Assembly: GCA_047602405.1 (NCBI GenBank)
Contig: JASGHJ010000001.1
Span: forward strand, 1,280,001 to 1,344,000
Origin: Anaeromyxobacteraceae bacterium
GTDB taxonomy: Bacteria; Myxococcota; Myxococcia; Myxococcales; Anaeromyxobacteraceae
Direction of reading: 5' to 3'
DNA length: 64,000 nt
Part shown: positions 29,477 to 40,711 of the stretch, one piece after another
Layout of the letters: the number at the start of each line of letters is the position of its first letter
Position numbering within the stretch: position 1 is the stretch's first letter
Notes under the pieces: model-generated
The model's input: only the letters and a program-made list of their open reading frames with translations
The model's database searches: none
What the model was told of the DNA's origin: nothing
Made by a program: the position numbers and the translations under genes

Positions 29477-30579
29477 GCGCCCAGCCGCGCGACCGAGAAC
29501 GGCGCGAGGTCCACCGGCGGCACGCCTCCGAGCAAGGTCGCCCGGATCGCGTCGGCGGTGACCGGCGCGAGCAGGATGCCGTTCCGGGAGTGGCCGGTCG
29601 CGTAGAAGAGGCCCGGCACCGTCGAGGCCCCGAGGATCGGCTCGCCGTCCGGGCTCGCGGGCCGGAAGTTCGACCACGTCTCCACGACCGGGGCCTGCGC
29701 GATCGCGGGCGCGATCTCCACGCCCACCTTCAGGACGTGCAGGAGCCCGCCGGCGGTCACCGCCTTCTCGAAGCCGACGTCCTCCATCGTGGCGCCGCAG
29801 AGGATCCGGCCGTCCGGGCGCGGCACCACGTAGCCGTGGCCGGAGAAGATCACCCGGCGGAGCAGCGGCGGCCGCGTGTCCACGACCGCGATCTGCCCGC
29901 GCACCGGGCGCACCGCGCGCGGCGGCAGGCCGTGGCCCTCGACGAGCATGCTCCACGCGCCCGCGGCGAGCACGACCGCGCCCGCGTCGATCCGGCCGGT
30001 CTCGTGGTCGACGCCGACCGCGCGCCCGCCCTCGGTCGCGATGCGGCGGACCTGGCCGGTCACGAACGTCGCGCCGGCGCGGGCGGCGGCCATCGGCACG
30101 GCGCGGGCGAGCGCGCGCGCGTCCACCGAGGCCTCGTCGGCGAAGTGGAGCGCGCCGCGCGTCTCGGGCGAGAGCCCGGGCTCGAGCGCGAGGGCCGCGT
30201 CGCCGTCGAGCACGTCCACCGGGAGCCCGTGCGCGTGGAGCTGCTCGGCGCGGGAGGCCAGCACCTTCGCGTGGTCGTCGTCGAGCGCGGCCTCGAGCGT
30301 GCCGAGGGCGCGGTAGCCGACGTGCATGCCGGAGAGCTCCTCGACGAGCGCGACCCAGGACGGGTAGCGCGCGAGCGAGGCGCGGCAGAGGGCGTAGAAC
30401 GGGCCGGGCTCCGCGGCCTCGACGCCGGGCGAGAGGATGCCGCCCGCGGCCGACGACGCCTCGGCGCCGGGCACCGAGCGCTCGAGCACGGTGACGCGTT
30501 TGCCCGCCCGGGCGAGCGCGAGCGCGACGGCGCCGCCCTGGATCCCACCGCCCACCACCACGACGTCGGCCACGGCCAT
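29473..30579 (-). CDS. thiO: Glycine oxidase ThiO (DAO family)
   Basis: VVGGGIQG FAD motif, ASSAAGGIL, RPVRGQ, FRPASPDGEP and TGHSRNGILLAP. Confidence 0.88.
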   Translation of the reverse strand: MAVADVVVVGGGIQGGAVALALARAGKRVTVLERSVPGAEASSAAGGILSPGVEAAEPGPFYALCRASLARYPSWVALVEELSGMHVGYRALGTLEAALDDDHAKVLASRAEQLHAHGLPVDVLDGDAALALEPGLSPETRGALHFADEASVDARALARAVPMAAARAGATFVTGQVRRIATEGGRAVGVDHETGRIDAGAVVLAAGAWSMLVEGHGLPPRAVRPVRGQIAVVDTRPPLLRRVIFSGHGYVVPRPDGRILCGATMEDVGFEKAVTAGGLLHVLKVGVEIAPAIAQAPVVETWSNFRPASPDGEPILGASTVPGLFYATGHSRNGILLAPVTADAIRATLLGGVPPVDLAPFSVARLGA

Positions 30580-30683
30580 AGGGCGCGGAGGTTACGCCGG
30601 CGGTGCAGGGTGCGCCACGGGTGACCTGCGCGGCGGGGGGCCGCGCACCGCGGGAGCGGGCAGGGCCCACGCGAGGCGGACGG

Positions 30684-31331
30684 CTACGGCAGCGTGGTGC
30701 GGGCCGCGCCGGTCCTGCCGGGGCCGAGCCCGTTCAGGAGGAGCTCGAACACGTGGCGGCGCCACGCCTCCGGCTGCAGCGGCGCGTCGACGAACGGCCG
30801 GGCGGCCTCGCGCGCGGAGGCGACCAGCGCGGCGAGCCCGCCGACCGTCACGACCGCGAGCACGGGGTCGAGCCCGTCGGTGACCTCGCCCCGCGAGGAG
30901 GCGAGCGTCGCCGCCGCGCGCCGCACCGGCTCGAGGAGCGAGGGGTCGGTCTGCGTCAGCTGCGAGAGGAACGGGGCGCCGTCGAGGTACTCGCGGATGA
31001 TGACCTGCGCGCCCATCGGGTCCTTCATCATCGCGTCGAGGTAGGCGCCGATGACGGCCTCGGGCCCGCCGGGGCCGGACTCGACGAGCCGCGCGATCTC
31101 GTTCGCGGAGGTCAGCCAGACCGCGCGGAGGATGTCGAGGTACAGGGCACGCTTCGACGCCCAGTGACGGTAGATGAGGGCGACGTTGCAGGCCGCGCCC
31201 CGGGCGATGCCCTGGACGCGGGCCCCGTGGTAGCCCCGCTTCGAGAACTCGACGCGGGCGGCGTCCCGAATCCGCTCGGCGATTCCGGGCCGGGGAGGGC
31301 CGAGCTTCCGGTTGGCGACCGAGCCATCCAT
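30684..31331 (-). CDS. TetR-family transcriptional regulator
   Basis: FSKRGYHGARVQGIARGAACNVALIYRHWASKRALY HTH. Confidence 0.9.
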   Translation of the reverse strand: MDGSVANRKLGPPRPGIAERIRDAARVEFSKRGYHGARVQGIARGAACNVALIYRHWASKRALYLDILRAVWLTSANEIARLVESGPGGPEAVIGAYLDAMMKDPMGAQVIIREYLDGAPFLSQLTQTDPSLLEPVRRAAATLASSRGEVTDGLDPVLAVVTVGGLAALVASAREAARPFVDAPLQPEAWRRHVFELLLNGLGPGRTGAARTTLP

Positions 31332-31338
31332 CCCCGCG

Positions 31339-31367
31339 TGGATACCCGTACCTTTGATTTAGGTCAA
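31339..31367 (-). promoter_or_regulatory. Putative promoter and operator of the TetR gene
   Basis: Minus strand TTGACC, 17 nt, TATCCA; the -35 overlaps the inverted repeat TTGA-TTTAGG-TCAA (31354-31367). Confidence 0.5.
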
Positions 31368-31449
31368 GCCTTCAGGCCCCTTCCCGGGGCGCGCGCGATC
31401 CCCGCGGCGCGGACCTGGGGTCGCTCCCCGGGGCTCCCCGTGGGACCGC

Positions 31450-31463
31450 GGGTGCCGGACACG
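31450..31463 (+). repeat. Single copy of the 14-mer GGGTGCCGGACACG
   Basis: Exact match to the other four copies; intergenic. Confidence 0.75.
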
Positions 31464-31502
31464 ACATCCGTTCGAAGAATTCCTCAACGGTGACGGCCCG
31501 GT

Positions 31503-34046
31503 CTAGCGGGGCCCGTCGACGATCATCAGGTCCGACATGGTGATCCGCACGAACGCATAGGCGACCGCTCCACCGTCGCCGAACCGGACGCCGTCCATCC
31601 GGACGACGCCGGTCGGGTCGGGAGGCGAGATGGCCCGGAACGGGACGCGCGCCCCGGTCGCGAGGTCCACCCGGTCGACGCGCGCCGGGAGCGTCCCGGG
31701 CGTGGTCACGAGCAGCCCGCCGTCCGGGGCCCACCCGAGCGGCAGGTCGCCGGGCTCGAGCCTCCCGGCCGGTCGCGACGCCCCGCCGTCGAGCGCGACC
31801 CGCGCGAGCGCACCGTCGGCCGTCGCCGCGAGCACCGCGTCCCCGTCGCGCGTCACGACGAAGCCGACGGGCTCCACCTCGCCGATCGCCACCACCGCGC
31901 CGCCCTCGAGCGGCACGCGCAGCAGCCCGAGCCGCCCGCCGGGCCCGTGCGCCCGCACGATCGCCTCGGCGTGCCCCGGCCGGAAGCGCGCCTGCACGGG
32001 CTCGTACCCGGGCACCGCGATCTCCCGCGGCACGCCCTCGCCGGTCGGGTAGAGCACGAGCTTGCCGTCCTGCCCCGGCGCGATCGCGAGCGCCCACGCG
32101 CCGGTCGCGTCGAGGTCCTGCGCGGTGCCGTCGCCGAGCCGGACGGCGTCGCCGCCGTCGAGGCCGCGCAGGTAGACCCGCGCGCGCTGCCCCACGGCCT
32201 CGAAGCTCTCGTCGAAGAGCACCCGCCCGCGCCCGACGTCGAGCGCGGCGAGGTTCGAGCCGTCGAGCCAGGAGAGGTCGCGGTCGGGGGCGGCGCCGGG
32301 GCCCGCGACGCGCAGCTCGCGGCGGAAGAACTCGCGCTCGAGGAGGAGCCGCCCGTCCGGCGCGACGTCGTGCAGGATCGCGCGCATCGGGTAGCGCGCG
32401 AGGGGCCGCACCCGGCCCGCGAGGTCCACCGCCTGCACCGGCGGCATCCACTCGAAGCGGTCGCTGCCGGCGAAGGCGATCTCCTTGCCGCCGGGGAGCC
32501 ACGCGAGGATCGGGTCGCTCGCCTGCAGCCCCTCCACGAGCGCCCGCGGCTCGCCGCCGCCCAGCGTGAGCACGTGGACCGCGAAGAGGGGCGCCGTCGT
32601 CATGAACGCGAGGTGCCGCCCGTCCGGCGAGAACCGGGGCGTCGCGAGCGGGCGCGCGCTCCGCCACAGCACCTTGCCCGGCGGGTACTCGAGCACGTGC
32701 TCGCCGCCCGGAAGGCGCCGGGTCACCGCGAGCTCGTCGCCGCGCGGGTCCCAGTCCGCGCCGGTCGCGTCGGCGTAGATGGACCGGGGCGCGCCCTGGC
32801 CCGGCGGGAGCCGCGCGAGCGTGCCCGCGCCCATCGTCGCCTGGAGGTAGCGGTCCTTCCGGAGCACGGCCAGCTCGCCGGTGCGGGACACCGCGAGCAC
32901 GTCGCCCGTGACGCCGAGCGGCCGGAGCTCGCCGTCGAGGAGGTCCACCCGGAAGAGCTCCGCGGGGCGCCCCTCCCAGGAGGCGCCGAGCACCACCGTG
33001 CGCCCGTCCGGCGAGAAGCGCGCGCGGAGCACGTTGCCGCGCTGGAAGGTGAGGCGCTGGAAGGACGGCAGCGGCGGGGCGGCCGGCGCGGCGGCGCGCG
33101 CGAGGAGCCAGCCGGCGCCGGCGCCGAGGAGCGCGCCCGCGCCGAGCATCGCCGCGAGGGCGCGCCGGCCGGGGCGGCGGCGGACGAGGGCGGGGCGTGG
33201 CGCCGGCGGGGCGTCGCGCAGCGGCTCGAGCGCGGCCTCCAGCGCGCCGCCGTCGGCGAAGCGCTTCGCGGGATCCAGCTCGAGGCACCGCCGGAGGATC
33301 TCGTCCAGGCCGGAGGGCGCGCCGAGCTCCGGCGGGAGCGGCTCGGGGCCGTCGCGCATGAGCGCGATCTGGCGCTCGATCGCGTTCGCGCCGCGCCCGG
33401 GCGGGCGGCCGGTGAGGAGCTCGTGCAGCACGAGCCCGAGCGCGTACACGTCGGAGCGCGCGTCGACCGGGAGGCCCCCGATCTGCTCCGGCGAGAGGTA
33501 CCCCAGGGTCCCCTGCATGACGCCGCCGGTGGTGTGCAGCGCCCGGCCGAGCCGCTCGGTCTCGGCGTGCTCGAGCGGCTTCGCGAGGCCGAAGTCGAGC
33601 ACCTTGCAGCGCCCGTCGAGCGTGAGGAACAGGTTCTCGGGCTTCACGTCCCGGTGGACGACGCCCTTCGTGTGCGCGGCGTCGAGCGCCGAGGCGACCT
33701 GCGCCGCGACGTCGATCGCCTCCGCCACCGGGAGCGGCCCGGCGGCGAGCCGGGCGCGCAGGGTCTGGCCCTCGAGGAGCTCGGTGACGAGCACCGGCTG
33801 GCCGTCGAACCGATCGAGCCCGAGCACCTGCAGGATGTTCGGGTGCGCGAGCTGGGCGAGGACGCGGGCCTCGCGCTCGAGCCGGGCGAGCTGCTCCGGG
33901 TCGCGCGCGAGCGGGCCGGACAGGATCTTGAGCGCGACCTGGCGCTGGAGGAGCGGGTCGAAGCCGACGAACACCGAGGCGTTGCCGCCCGACGAGAGCG
34001 GCCGCAGCACCTCGTAGCCGCCCACGCGGTTGCCGGCGATCACCAT
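31503..34046 (-). CDS. Membrane Ser/Thr protein kinase with C-terminal PD40/beta-propeller region
   Basis: VALK, HPNI, HRDVKPEN, DFG, GTLGYLSPEQ and SDVYALG; TM helix; RFSPDG repeats. Confidence 0.92.
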   Translation of the reverse strand: MVIAGNRVGGYEVLRPLSSGGNASVFVGFDPLLQRQVALKILSGPLARDPEQLARLEREARVLAQLAHPNILQVLGLDRFDGQPVLVTELLEGQTLRARLAAGPLPVAEAIDVAAQVASALDAAHTKGVVHRDVKPENLFLTLDGRCKVLDFGLAKPLEHAETERLGRALHTTGGVMQGTLGYLSPEQIGGLPVDARSDVYALGLVLHELLTGRPPGRGANAIERQIALMRDGPEPLPPELGAPSGLDEILRRCLELDPAKRFADGGALEAALEPLRDAPPAPRPALVRRRPGRRALAAMLGAGALLGAGAGWLLARAAAPAAPPLPSFQRLTFQRGNVLRARFSPDGRTVVLGASWEGRPAELFRVDLLDGELRPLGVTGDVLAVSRTGELAVLRKDRYLQATMGAGTLARLPPGQGAPRSIYADATGADWDPRGDELAVTRRLPGGEHVLEYPPGKVLWRSARPLATPRFSPDGRHLAFMTTAPLFAVHVLTLGGGEPRALVEGLQASDPILAWLPGGKEIAFAGSDRFEWMPPVQAVDLAGRVRPLARYPMRAILHDVAPDGRLLLEREFFRRELRVAGPGAAPDRDLSWLDGSNLAALDVGRGRVLFDESFEAVGQRARVYLRGLDGGDAVRLGDGTAQDLDATGAWALAIAPGQDGKLVLYPTGEGVPREIAVPGYEPVQARFRPGHAEAIVRAHGPGGRLGLLRVPLEGGAVVAIGEVEPVGFVVTRDGDAVLAATADGALARVALDGGASRPAGRLEPGDLPLGWAPDGGLLVTTPGTLPARVDRVDLATGARVPFRAISPPDPTGVVRMDGVRFGDGGAVAYAFVRITMSDLMIVDGPR

Positions 34047-34227
34047 CCCGGCGGCAGCTTACACCGGGCATCGCCGGGCGCCGCCCGCGGGGACACCCGG
34101 AATGGGCGGGAACCCTCACCCACCCGGGTTCGTCCACCACGCACGGTCCGTGCGGCGGCACGTCCCCGTACTCGACCCACATGACTGGACATTCGCGCGC
34201 AGGGTCGCTTCACTGCTCAGGTAGAAG

Positions 34228-34452
34228 GTGGGTGCCGTGATCCAGGGTGACATCAAGAGCGCCTTCCCCCGCCCGCTGTTCCTGCTCGCCGCCGCCGGCG
34301 CGACCGCGCTCGCGGTGGTGGCGGGCGCGACGGCGACGCTCGCGCTGGCGGGGGTGATGGCCGGGGTGGGCCTGCGCCGCGCGCTCGCCGGCATGGTCGG
34401 CGCGCGCCCGGCCCCGAGCCGCGAGCAGTCCTGGCGCAAGCTCGTCGACTGA
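34228..34452 (+). CDS. Small hydrophobic hypothetical protein
   Basis: Short ORF with a long hydrophobic stretch and coding-like codon usage; start may be GTG at 34237. Confidence 0.5.
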   Translation: MGAVIQGDIKSAFPRPLFLLAAAGATALAVVAGATATLALAGVMAGVGLRRALAGMVGARPAPSREQSWRKLVD

Positions 34453-34497
34453 GGCTATGCCTCACCCCGGGAGCCCGCCCGCTCCCGGGAGACAGGC

Positions 34498-35755
34498 CTG
34501 GCCGCGCCGCGCACCATCCTCCACCTGGACCTCGACGCGTTCTACGCGTCGGTCGAGCAGCTCGACGACCCGCGCCTGCGCGGCCGCCCGGTGATCGTCG
34601 GCGGCACCTCGCGCCGCGGCGTCGTCTGCGCCGCGAGCTACGAGGCGCGGCGGTTCGGCGTGCGCTCGGCGATGCCCACGGCGCGCGCGCACCGGCTCTG
34701 TCCCGACGCCGTGTTCCTCCCGCCGCGCTTCGACCGCTACGGCGCGCTCTCCTCGCAGGTGTTCGGCATCTACCGGAACTACACGCCGCTCGTGGAGCCG
34801 CTCTCCCTCGACGAGGCGTTCCTCGACGTGACCGCGAGCCGGGCGCTGCGCGGCAGCGGCAGGGGAGATCGCGACCGCCATCCGCCGCGAGGTCCGCGAG
34901 CGGACCGGCCTCGCGGTCTCCGCCGGCATCGCCGAGGTGAAGCTCGCCGCGAAGATCGCGACCGACCTCGGGAAGCCGGACGGGCTCGTCGAGGTGCCGG
35001 CCGGCGGCGTGCGGGCCTTCCTCGCGCCCTTGCCGGTGGGGCGGCTGTGGGGCGTGGGCGAGGTGACCGAGGCCGCGCTCCGCCGGATCGGCGTCGGCAC
35101 CATCGGGGACCTCGCGCGGCTGCCGGAGAACGCGGTCGCCGCGGCAATCGGCCCGAACGCGGCGCGCCACCTGCGCGCGCTCGCGCTCGGCGACGACCCG
35201 CGCGACGTGGTGCCGGACGAGGCCGCGAAGTCGGTCGGCTCGGAGGAGACCTTCGAGGAGGACGTCCGCGACCGCAGGGCCCTCGAGCGCTCCCTGCTCG
35301 AGCACGCGCTGCGGGTGGGCCGGCGCCTCCGGGCCCATGGCCAGGCGGGCCCGGTCGTCACGCTCAAGATCACCTACTCCGACTTCACGCAGGTGACCCG
35401 CCGCGTGACGCTCCCCGCCCCGACCGACGACGACCGCACCATCTACGAGGCGGCCCGCGCCCAGCTCAATCGCATCGAGGCCGGCCGCCCGGTGCGCCTC
35501 GCCGGCGTGGCCGTCTCCGGGTTCGAGGCGCCCGCGCCGCGGCCGCAGCTCGACCTCTTCGCCGCGCCGGCCCCGCCGCCGGGCGGCAGCGTCGCGCCCT
35601 CGGCGGGCGACCCCCGACGCAAGCGGCTCAACGCCGCGCTCGACGCGCTCGCGACGAAGTTCGGCGAGCGGGCGGTGCGCCCCGCCGACCTCGACGACGG
35701 GCCCGCGGTCGTCGGGCAGGGTCGCTACCGGAAGCCCCGCGGCGACGGGGGCTGA
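34498..35755 (+). CDS. dinB: DNA polymerase IV, +1 frameshift at about 34863 and non-canonical or uncertain start
   Basis: [31 protein letters not shown], then in the next frame [20 protein letters not shown] and KSVGSEETF. Confidence 0.9.
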
Positions 35756-35785
35756 GCGCGGCGCCTCCCGGGCCGGGCCCGCGCC

Positions 35786-38700
35786 TCACGGCGCCCGGTA
35801 GCGGACCCGCACCTCGAGGTAGTCCGCGGCCACGACCGCCTCGCCCGCGCCGTTCACCGGCGCGACGCCGCGCTTCGCGGGGTCGACCGCCGGGCCGGCG
35901 GGGCGGCACTGGAACGCGGCGAGCTCGCGGCCGGTGAGGAGGAACCGCGAGGCCTCCGCGGCCGAGCCGCTCGTCCAGTCGATCCGCGAGGAGGCCGGCG
36001 CGGCGAGCGCGCCGGCCGCGGTGAAGCCGCTCGTGGAGGCGCCGAGCTTCGTCCACCCGCCCGTGCCGAGCGTGCCCGCGGCCCGCGACCAGCCCCACAG
36101 CGCCGCGCCGGTGGCGGGCGCGTCGAAGGGCGCGAAGAACCCGCCGCAGCTCGCGCGCACGCGCACGGCCTCCACCGTCGCGGGATCGATCGCCGCCGGC
36201 GCGGTCGACACCGTGAGCTGCACGGCGGGCTGGCGGTCCGGCGGGGCGTCCCACTCCCAGCTCTCCTGGGAGATCGTCGCGGAGACGCCGCCGAACGTCA
36301 CGGGGCGGCCGCTGGTCGGGTCGAGCCCCACGGCGTTCCCGAGGGCGGCCGGGGCGCCGGTCCCGGAATCGCTCGGCCACCAGCCGGACCCGTCGAACTC
36401 CATCGGCAGCGCGTAGGTCGTGTGGCCGTCGTAGCCGCCGAACAGGAGGGTGCGGTGCTGCACCGGCGCCCAGGCGAGGCCGAAGGTCGCGCGCGCGGTC
36501 ACGCCGAGATCCGGGGCGAGCTCGGTCCAGGCGGCGCCGTCCCAGGCCCACACGTCGCCGTACGCGTTCGCCGCGTCGTTGCAGCGGCCGAAGACGTCCT
36601 GCGGGAGGTCGCAGCCGCCGAACACGACCACGCGCGCGAGGTCCTCGTCGTAGGCCATGGCGTGGTACGCGCGCGGCCCCGGAGACGCGGCGCCCGCGCC
36701 CGGCGTCCGGTTCGACCACGCGCCCGCCGCGTACTCCCACACGTCGCCGAGCGCCGCCCCGTTCGAGCCGCCGAACAGGACGAGCTTGCCGCGCGCCCTG
36801 TCGTACGCGAGCCCGGCGCCGGTCCGCGCGGAGGGGCGGCCGGAGGCGGGCGAGACGTCCGCCCAGGACGCGCCGGTCCAGGCCCAGAGGTCGTTCTGGT
36901 ACACCGGCGCCCCGCCCGGCCCCATGCCGCCGAAGAGCATCGCGCCCGACGGCGTGGGCGCCATGGCGTGGCCCACGCGCGCGGTCGGCGCCGGCAGCGT
37001 CGACACGTCGCTCCAGGTGCCGCCGGCGTACCGCCAGGTGTCGGCGAGCACGTCCCCGGCGTTCAGCACGTTGTTGTTCTTCACGCCGCCGAAGAGCAGG
37101 GCGCCCCCGCCGGCGGCGTCCGCGGCCATCGCGTGGTGCTTGCGCTGGGTCGGGAGCGGCTGCGTCGCGGGGACCTTCAGCCAGCGCCCTGCCGGGAAGA
37201 GGCGCCAGGTGTCGGCGGGGACGAGGTTCGAGAACGTGCCGACCCCGCCCGCGAGGACGAGCGTGCCGGTGGCGTCGTCCCACGCGAGCGCCGCCTGGCC
37301 GCGCCCCGCCGGCGCGGTCCCCGCCGTCGCGGCCGCGACCCAGTCCGCGCCGCTCCAGGTCCAGACGTCGGAGGAGGCGGTGTTGCCGGCGGTGGTCCCG
37401 CCCACGAGCACGACCTTGCCGCGGACCGGATCCCACGCCGTGGCCGCGTACGCGCGCGCGCCGGGCGCGGACACGGCCTTCACGAGGTGCCAGGCGCCGT
37501 CCCACTCCCAGGTGCTCGCCGTCGTGGCGGAGCCGTCGTCGAGCCCGCCGTAGAGCACGAGCGTCTTGCGAACGGCGTCGTACGCCATCGCCGGGAACAT
37601 GAGCCGGACCTGGGGCCCGCCGGTCGCGCCGTCCCTCGCCCAGGCCTTCCCGTCGAAGAACCAGAGCGCGGCGTTCTCGCCGTCCCAGTACGCGAGCTTG
37701 CCGCGCCCCGCGTCCCACGCGGCGGCGCCCCGGCCGCAGTTGAGCGGCCCGTCGCCGGCGGCGGCGAGCGGACTCCAGCGGACGCCGTCCCACTCCCACA
37801 GGTCCTCGAGGCAGAACTGGCCGCTCCCGCCGAAGAGCACGATCGTGCCGCGGGCCGGGTCGAACCAGAGCGCGCTGCCGGCGCGCCGCGGGGGCGACGC
37901 GCCGGCGGGCTGGGCCTTCGTCCACCCCCGGCCGTCCCACTCCCACGTGTCGTCGAGCGCGTCCGCGGACGAGCCCGGCACCGCCGAGCCGCCGAACAGC
38001 ACGAGGCGCCGGCGCGCCGGGTCCCAGGCCATCGCCGCCCCCCCGCGCCCGGAGGGGAACGCGTTCGCGCCGGCCGGGCTCGCCAGCCAGCGCGGGCTCG
38101 AGGCGACCGCGAGGCTCCGGTCCGCGGCCGTCCCGTCGTCGTCCGGCGCGGCGAGCTTGCCCGGCACCGCCGCGAGCTCGGCCGCGGTCATCCCGACCGG
38201 CGCCTGCCCGAGCGAGGGCGCGACGGCGCTCGTCGCGGTGACCTCGTGCACCGCCCGCCCGAACGCGGGCGGGTGGGCGGTCGCGATCCACTCCGCGGCC
38301 TTCACCTGCACGGGCGCCGACTCGTTGCCCGCGTCGTCGAGGCCGGTGACCCAGGCGAACTCCGTGTCGCGCGGGTCGAGCGCCTTGCGCTCCCAGCCGG
38401 CCGCCACCGGCGCGAGGTCGCCGAGCAGCGTGGTCTTCCCCGGGCTCGCCCAGACCCGGAGCTTCACGAGCGGCCGGCCCGCCGGGAACGTGAACGCGGT
38501 GGCCGGCAGCGCGGCCGCGGTCGAGAGCGCGTCGGCGGGCGCGAGCCCGAAGAACGGGCCCGCGGGCACGGTGAAGCTCCCGAGGTGCTCGTCGGCGGCG
38601 GCGCCCCACGGCGAGCGCACGAAGCGGACGGCGGCCTGGTCCACGCCGAGCACCGGCGCGCTCGTGCGGACCGTGAAGGTGGTCGGGAGCGCGACCGCGG

Positions 38701-39499
38701 CCGAGTTCCCGACCGCGTCCGCCCACGTGAGGGTGGCGCCGTACTCGCCGTCGGCCTGGCCGCCGGGCACCGTGGCGCGGAAGATCGCGACCCGGTCGCT
38801 GGACGCTGGGTCGAGCGCGAACGCGAGCTTCACCCCGCCCGGCCCCTGCACGTCGAGCGCCGGCGCAGGGGCCGCGGCGAGCGGCTCGGTCGGCACCACG
38901 GTCACCACGACCGCGGTCCCCGGTCCGGCGGCGACGACCTGCGGGAGCGGGTTCGCGGGGCCGGGCACGAGCGAGACGGAGGAGTTCGCGACGGCGGGCG
39001 CCGCGAAGTCGAACCCGACCGAGCCGAGCGGCTGGGTCGAGCGGTTGCCGGCGAGGTCCACGAGGTCCGCCTCGAACCGGCCCGCGGGCCGCGGCTCGTC
39101 GCCGGCCGCGGTGTACTCGAAGACGTAGTGGTGCGCGGCCGGGTCGGAGCCCGCCGCGAGGGTGAGCGGGCGGAGCCCGTCGGCGCCCACGTCCGCGCGC
39201 ACGGTGGGGGCCGCGCCGAGCGCCTCGGTGACGTCGAAGGTCACCGTCACGCGGCCGTCCCTGCGCACGACCCCCGGGCTCACGGCCGGCTCGCCGGCGA
39301 GCGCGGGCGCGGTGGCGTCGCCGTTGTCGGCGGCGACGCACTGCCCGAGCGCCGCGCGGCAGGTGAACCCAGACGGACAGTCAGACGAGGTCGCGCAGGA
39401 GACCCTCGCGCCCGCGGGCACCTCGAGGGAGGGGCTGCAGGCGCCGAGCAGGCAGCAGAGGAGGGCGGCGGGCGAGACGCGGAGCCGGGACGGATGCAT
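35786..39499 (-). CDS. Large lipoprotein with Cys-rich N-terminus, Ig-like domains and Kelch repeats
   Basis: Lipobox [27 protein letters not shown] Ig-like motifs; many LFGG...DTWEWDG Kelch blades. Confidence 0.87.
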   Translation of the reverse strand: MHPSRLRVSPAALLCCLLGACSPSLEVPAGARVSCATSSDCPSGFTCRAALGQCVAADNGDATAPALAGEPAVSPGVVRRDGRVTVTFDVTEALGAAPTVRADVGADGLRPLTLAAGSDPAAHHYVFEYTAAGDEPRPAGRFEADLVDLAGNRSTQPLGSVGFDFAAPAVANSSVSLVPGPANPLPQVVAAGPGTAVVVTVVPTEPLAAAPAPALDVQGPGGVKLAFALDPASSDRVAIFRATVPGGQADGEYGATLTWADAVGNSAAVALPTTFTVRTSAPVLGVDQAAVRFVRSPWGAAADEHLGSFTVPAGPFFGLAPADALSTAAALPATAFTFPAGRPLVKLRVWASPGKTTLLGDLAPVAAGWERKALDPRDTEFAWVTGLDDAGNESAPVQVKAAEWIATAHPPAFGRAVHEVTATSAVAPSLGQAPVGMTAAELAAVPGKLAAPDDDGTAADRSLAVASSPRWLASPAGANAFPSGRGGAAMAWDPARRRLVLFGGSAVPGSSADALDDTWEWDGRGWTKAQPAGASPPRRAGSALWFDPARGTIVLFGGSGQFCLEDLWEWDGVRWSPLAAAGDGPLNCGRGAAAWDAGRGKLAYWDGENAALWFFDGKAWARDGATGGPQVRLMFPAMAYDAVRKTLVLYGGLDDGSATTASTWEWDGAWHLVKAVSAPGARAYAATAWDPVRGKVVLVGGTTAGNTASSDVWTWSGADWVAAATAGTAPAGRGQAALAWDDATGTLVLAGGVGTFSNLVPADTWRLFPAGRWLKVPATQPLPTQRKHHAMAADAAGGGALLFGGVKNNNVLNAGDVLADTWRYAGGTWSDVSTLPAPTARVGHAMAPTPSGAMLFGGMGPGGAPVYQNDLWAWTGASWADVSPASGRPSARTGAGLAYDRARGKLVLFGGSNGAALGDVWEYAAGAWSNRTPGAGAASPGPRAYHAMAYDEDLARVVVFGGCDLPQDVFGRCNDAANAYGDVWAWDGAAWTELAPDLGVTARATFGLAWAPVQHRTLLFGGYDGHTTYALPMEFDGSGWWPSDSGTGAPAALGNAVGLDPTSGRPVTFGGVSATISQESWEWDAPPDRQPAVQLTVSTAPAAIDPATVEAVRVRASCGGFFAPFDAPATGAALWGWSRAAGTLGTGGWTKLGASTSGFTAAGALAAPASSRIDWTSGSAAEASRFLLTGRELAAFQCRPAGPAVDPAKRGVAPVNGAGEAVVAADYLEVRVRYRAP

Positions 39500-39764
39500 T
39501 ACCCTGCGACGTTAGCGCACGGGCATGCAGGCCAGCCCGGCGCGCCCCGGAGGGGGCGGTGGCCGGAACGGCAAGGGCTGGGCCCGGCTCACAGATCGTG
39601 AAGGCGGTGCGCCCGGCGAGCGCTGCACGGGTGCCCGGCGCGTCGATGGACGCGAACGTCTCCGGGCGTGGACGATCAACCGTTCGTACGCGATGTGAAG
39701 GTAAGATGGCCGTCCCCGGCTTCCGATCACTCCGCCGTCGCAGGGCGCCGCCCGCCCCGTCCAC

Positions 39765-40682
39765 ATGGATCTGAACGCAGCTTCACTATTCGTGCGCGTC
39801 GCGAGCACCCTGAGCTTCACGGCGGCCGCGCGCCAGCTCGGCCTGCCCCGCTCCACCGTCTCGAAGCGCATCCTCGAGCTCGAGGAGGAGCTCGGGGTGA
39901 AGCTCCTCAACCGCACCTCGCGCGCGGTCGAGCTGACCGAGGCGGGGAGCCGCTTCCTCGTCCACGCCCACCAGGCGATGGCGCTCCTCGAGCAGGCCGG
40001 GGTGAACGCCGGCGCGACCGCGCACAGCGTCGCGGCCCCGGTCCGGATGGCCGTCCCGCGGCTGCTCGCCCATTCCTTCGGGGCCGAGTTCGCCCGCCGG
40101 GTGCACGCGCGCAGCCCGGGGCTCCGGCTCGTCCTGGACGTCACCCGCGAGGCGCCCGAGCTCGTCTCGGGTGGCTACGACCTCGCGGTGGGCTTCGACG
40201 TCGGGCGGCCCCGCTCGCGCAGCCGCAACGAGCGCACCCGCGTCCTGCGCGAGGCCGCACTCTCGGTCGTGGGCAGCCCGGCCTACCTCGCCGCGCACCC
40301 GGAGCCCGAGCGGCCCGCCGACCTCGCCGCGCACGCCATCCTCGCGCCCACCGGCGAGCGCGGCCAGGTGACCTGGCCCTTCACCTCGAAGGGCCGGGCG
40401 ATCCACGTGCAGCTCGAGCCGCGCCTCGGGTTCACCGACGCCCTCGCGCTGAAGCGCCTCGCCCTCCAGGGCCTCGGCCTCACCATGCTCCCCACGCTGC
40501 TCGTGGCGGCCGAGCTCGAGCGGGGGCTCCTGCGCGAGGTCCTGGTCGCGCACCGCCCGCCCGCGCTCCGGGTCGTGCTCACCACCCGCGAGAACGGCCC
40601 GGCGCGCGCGCCGCTCCGCACGGTCGTCGAGGTCCTCGAGGACCTCGCCGCCTCGGCATGGCCGATCGGAGGCGCCGCGTGA
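39765..40682 (+). CDS. LysR-family regulator (copy 1)
   Basis: SFTAAARQLGLPRSTVSKRILELEEELGVKLLNRTSR HTH; SPAYL. Confidence 0.93.
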   Translation: MDLNAASLFVRVASTLSFTAAARQLGLPRSTVSKRILELEEELGVKLLNRTSRAVELTEAGSRFLVHAHQAMALLEQAGVNAGATAHSVAAPVRMAVPRLLAHSFGAEFARRVHARSPGLRLVLDVTREAPELVSGGYDLAVGFDVGRPRSRSRNERTRVLREAALSVVGSPAYLAAHPEPERPADLAAHAILAPTGERGQVTWPFTSKGRAIHVQLEPRLGFTDALALKRLALQGLGLTMLPTLLVAAELERGLLREVLVAHRPPALRVVLTTRENGPARAPLRTVVEVLEDLAASAWPIGGAA

Positions 40683-40711
40683 CCCCCGACCCCGTGACCC
40701 CCGCGCCCGCG

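Noticed and set aside
34047..34227. Possible structured RNA or SOS box upstream of the small ORF and dinB
   Set aside because: GGGGAC...GTCCCC and CCCGG arms are present, but such pairing is expected by chance at this GC content, and I could not recognise a LexA box.
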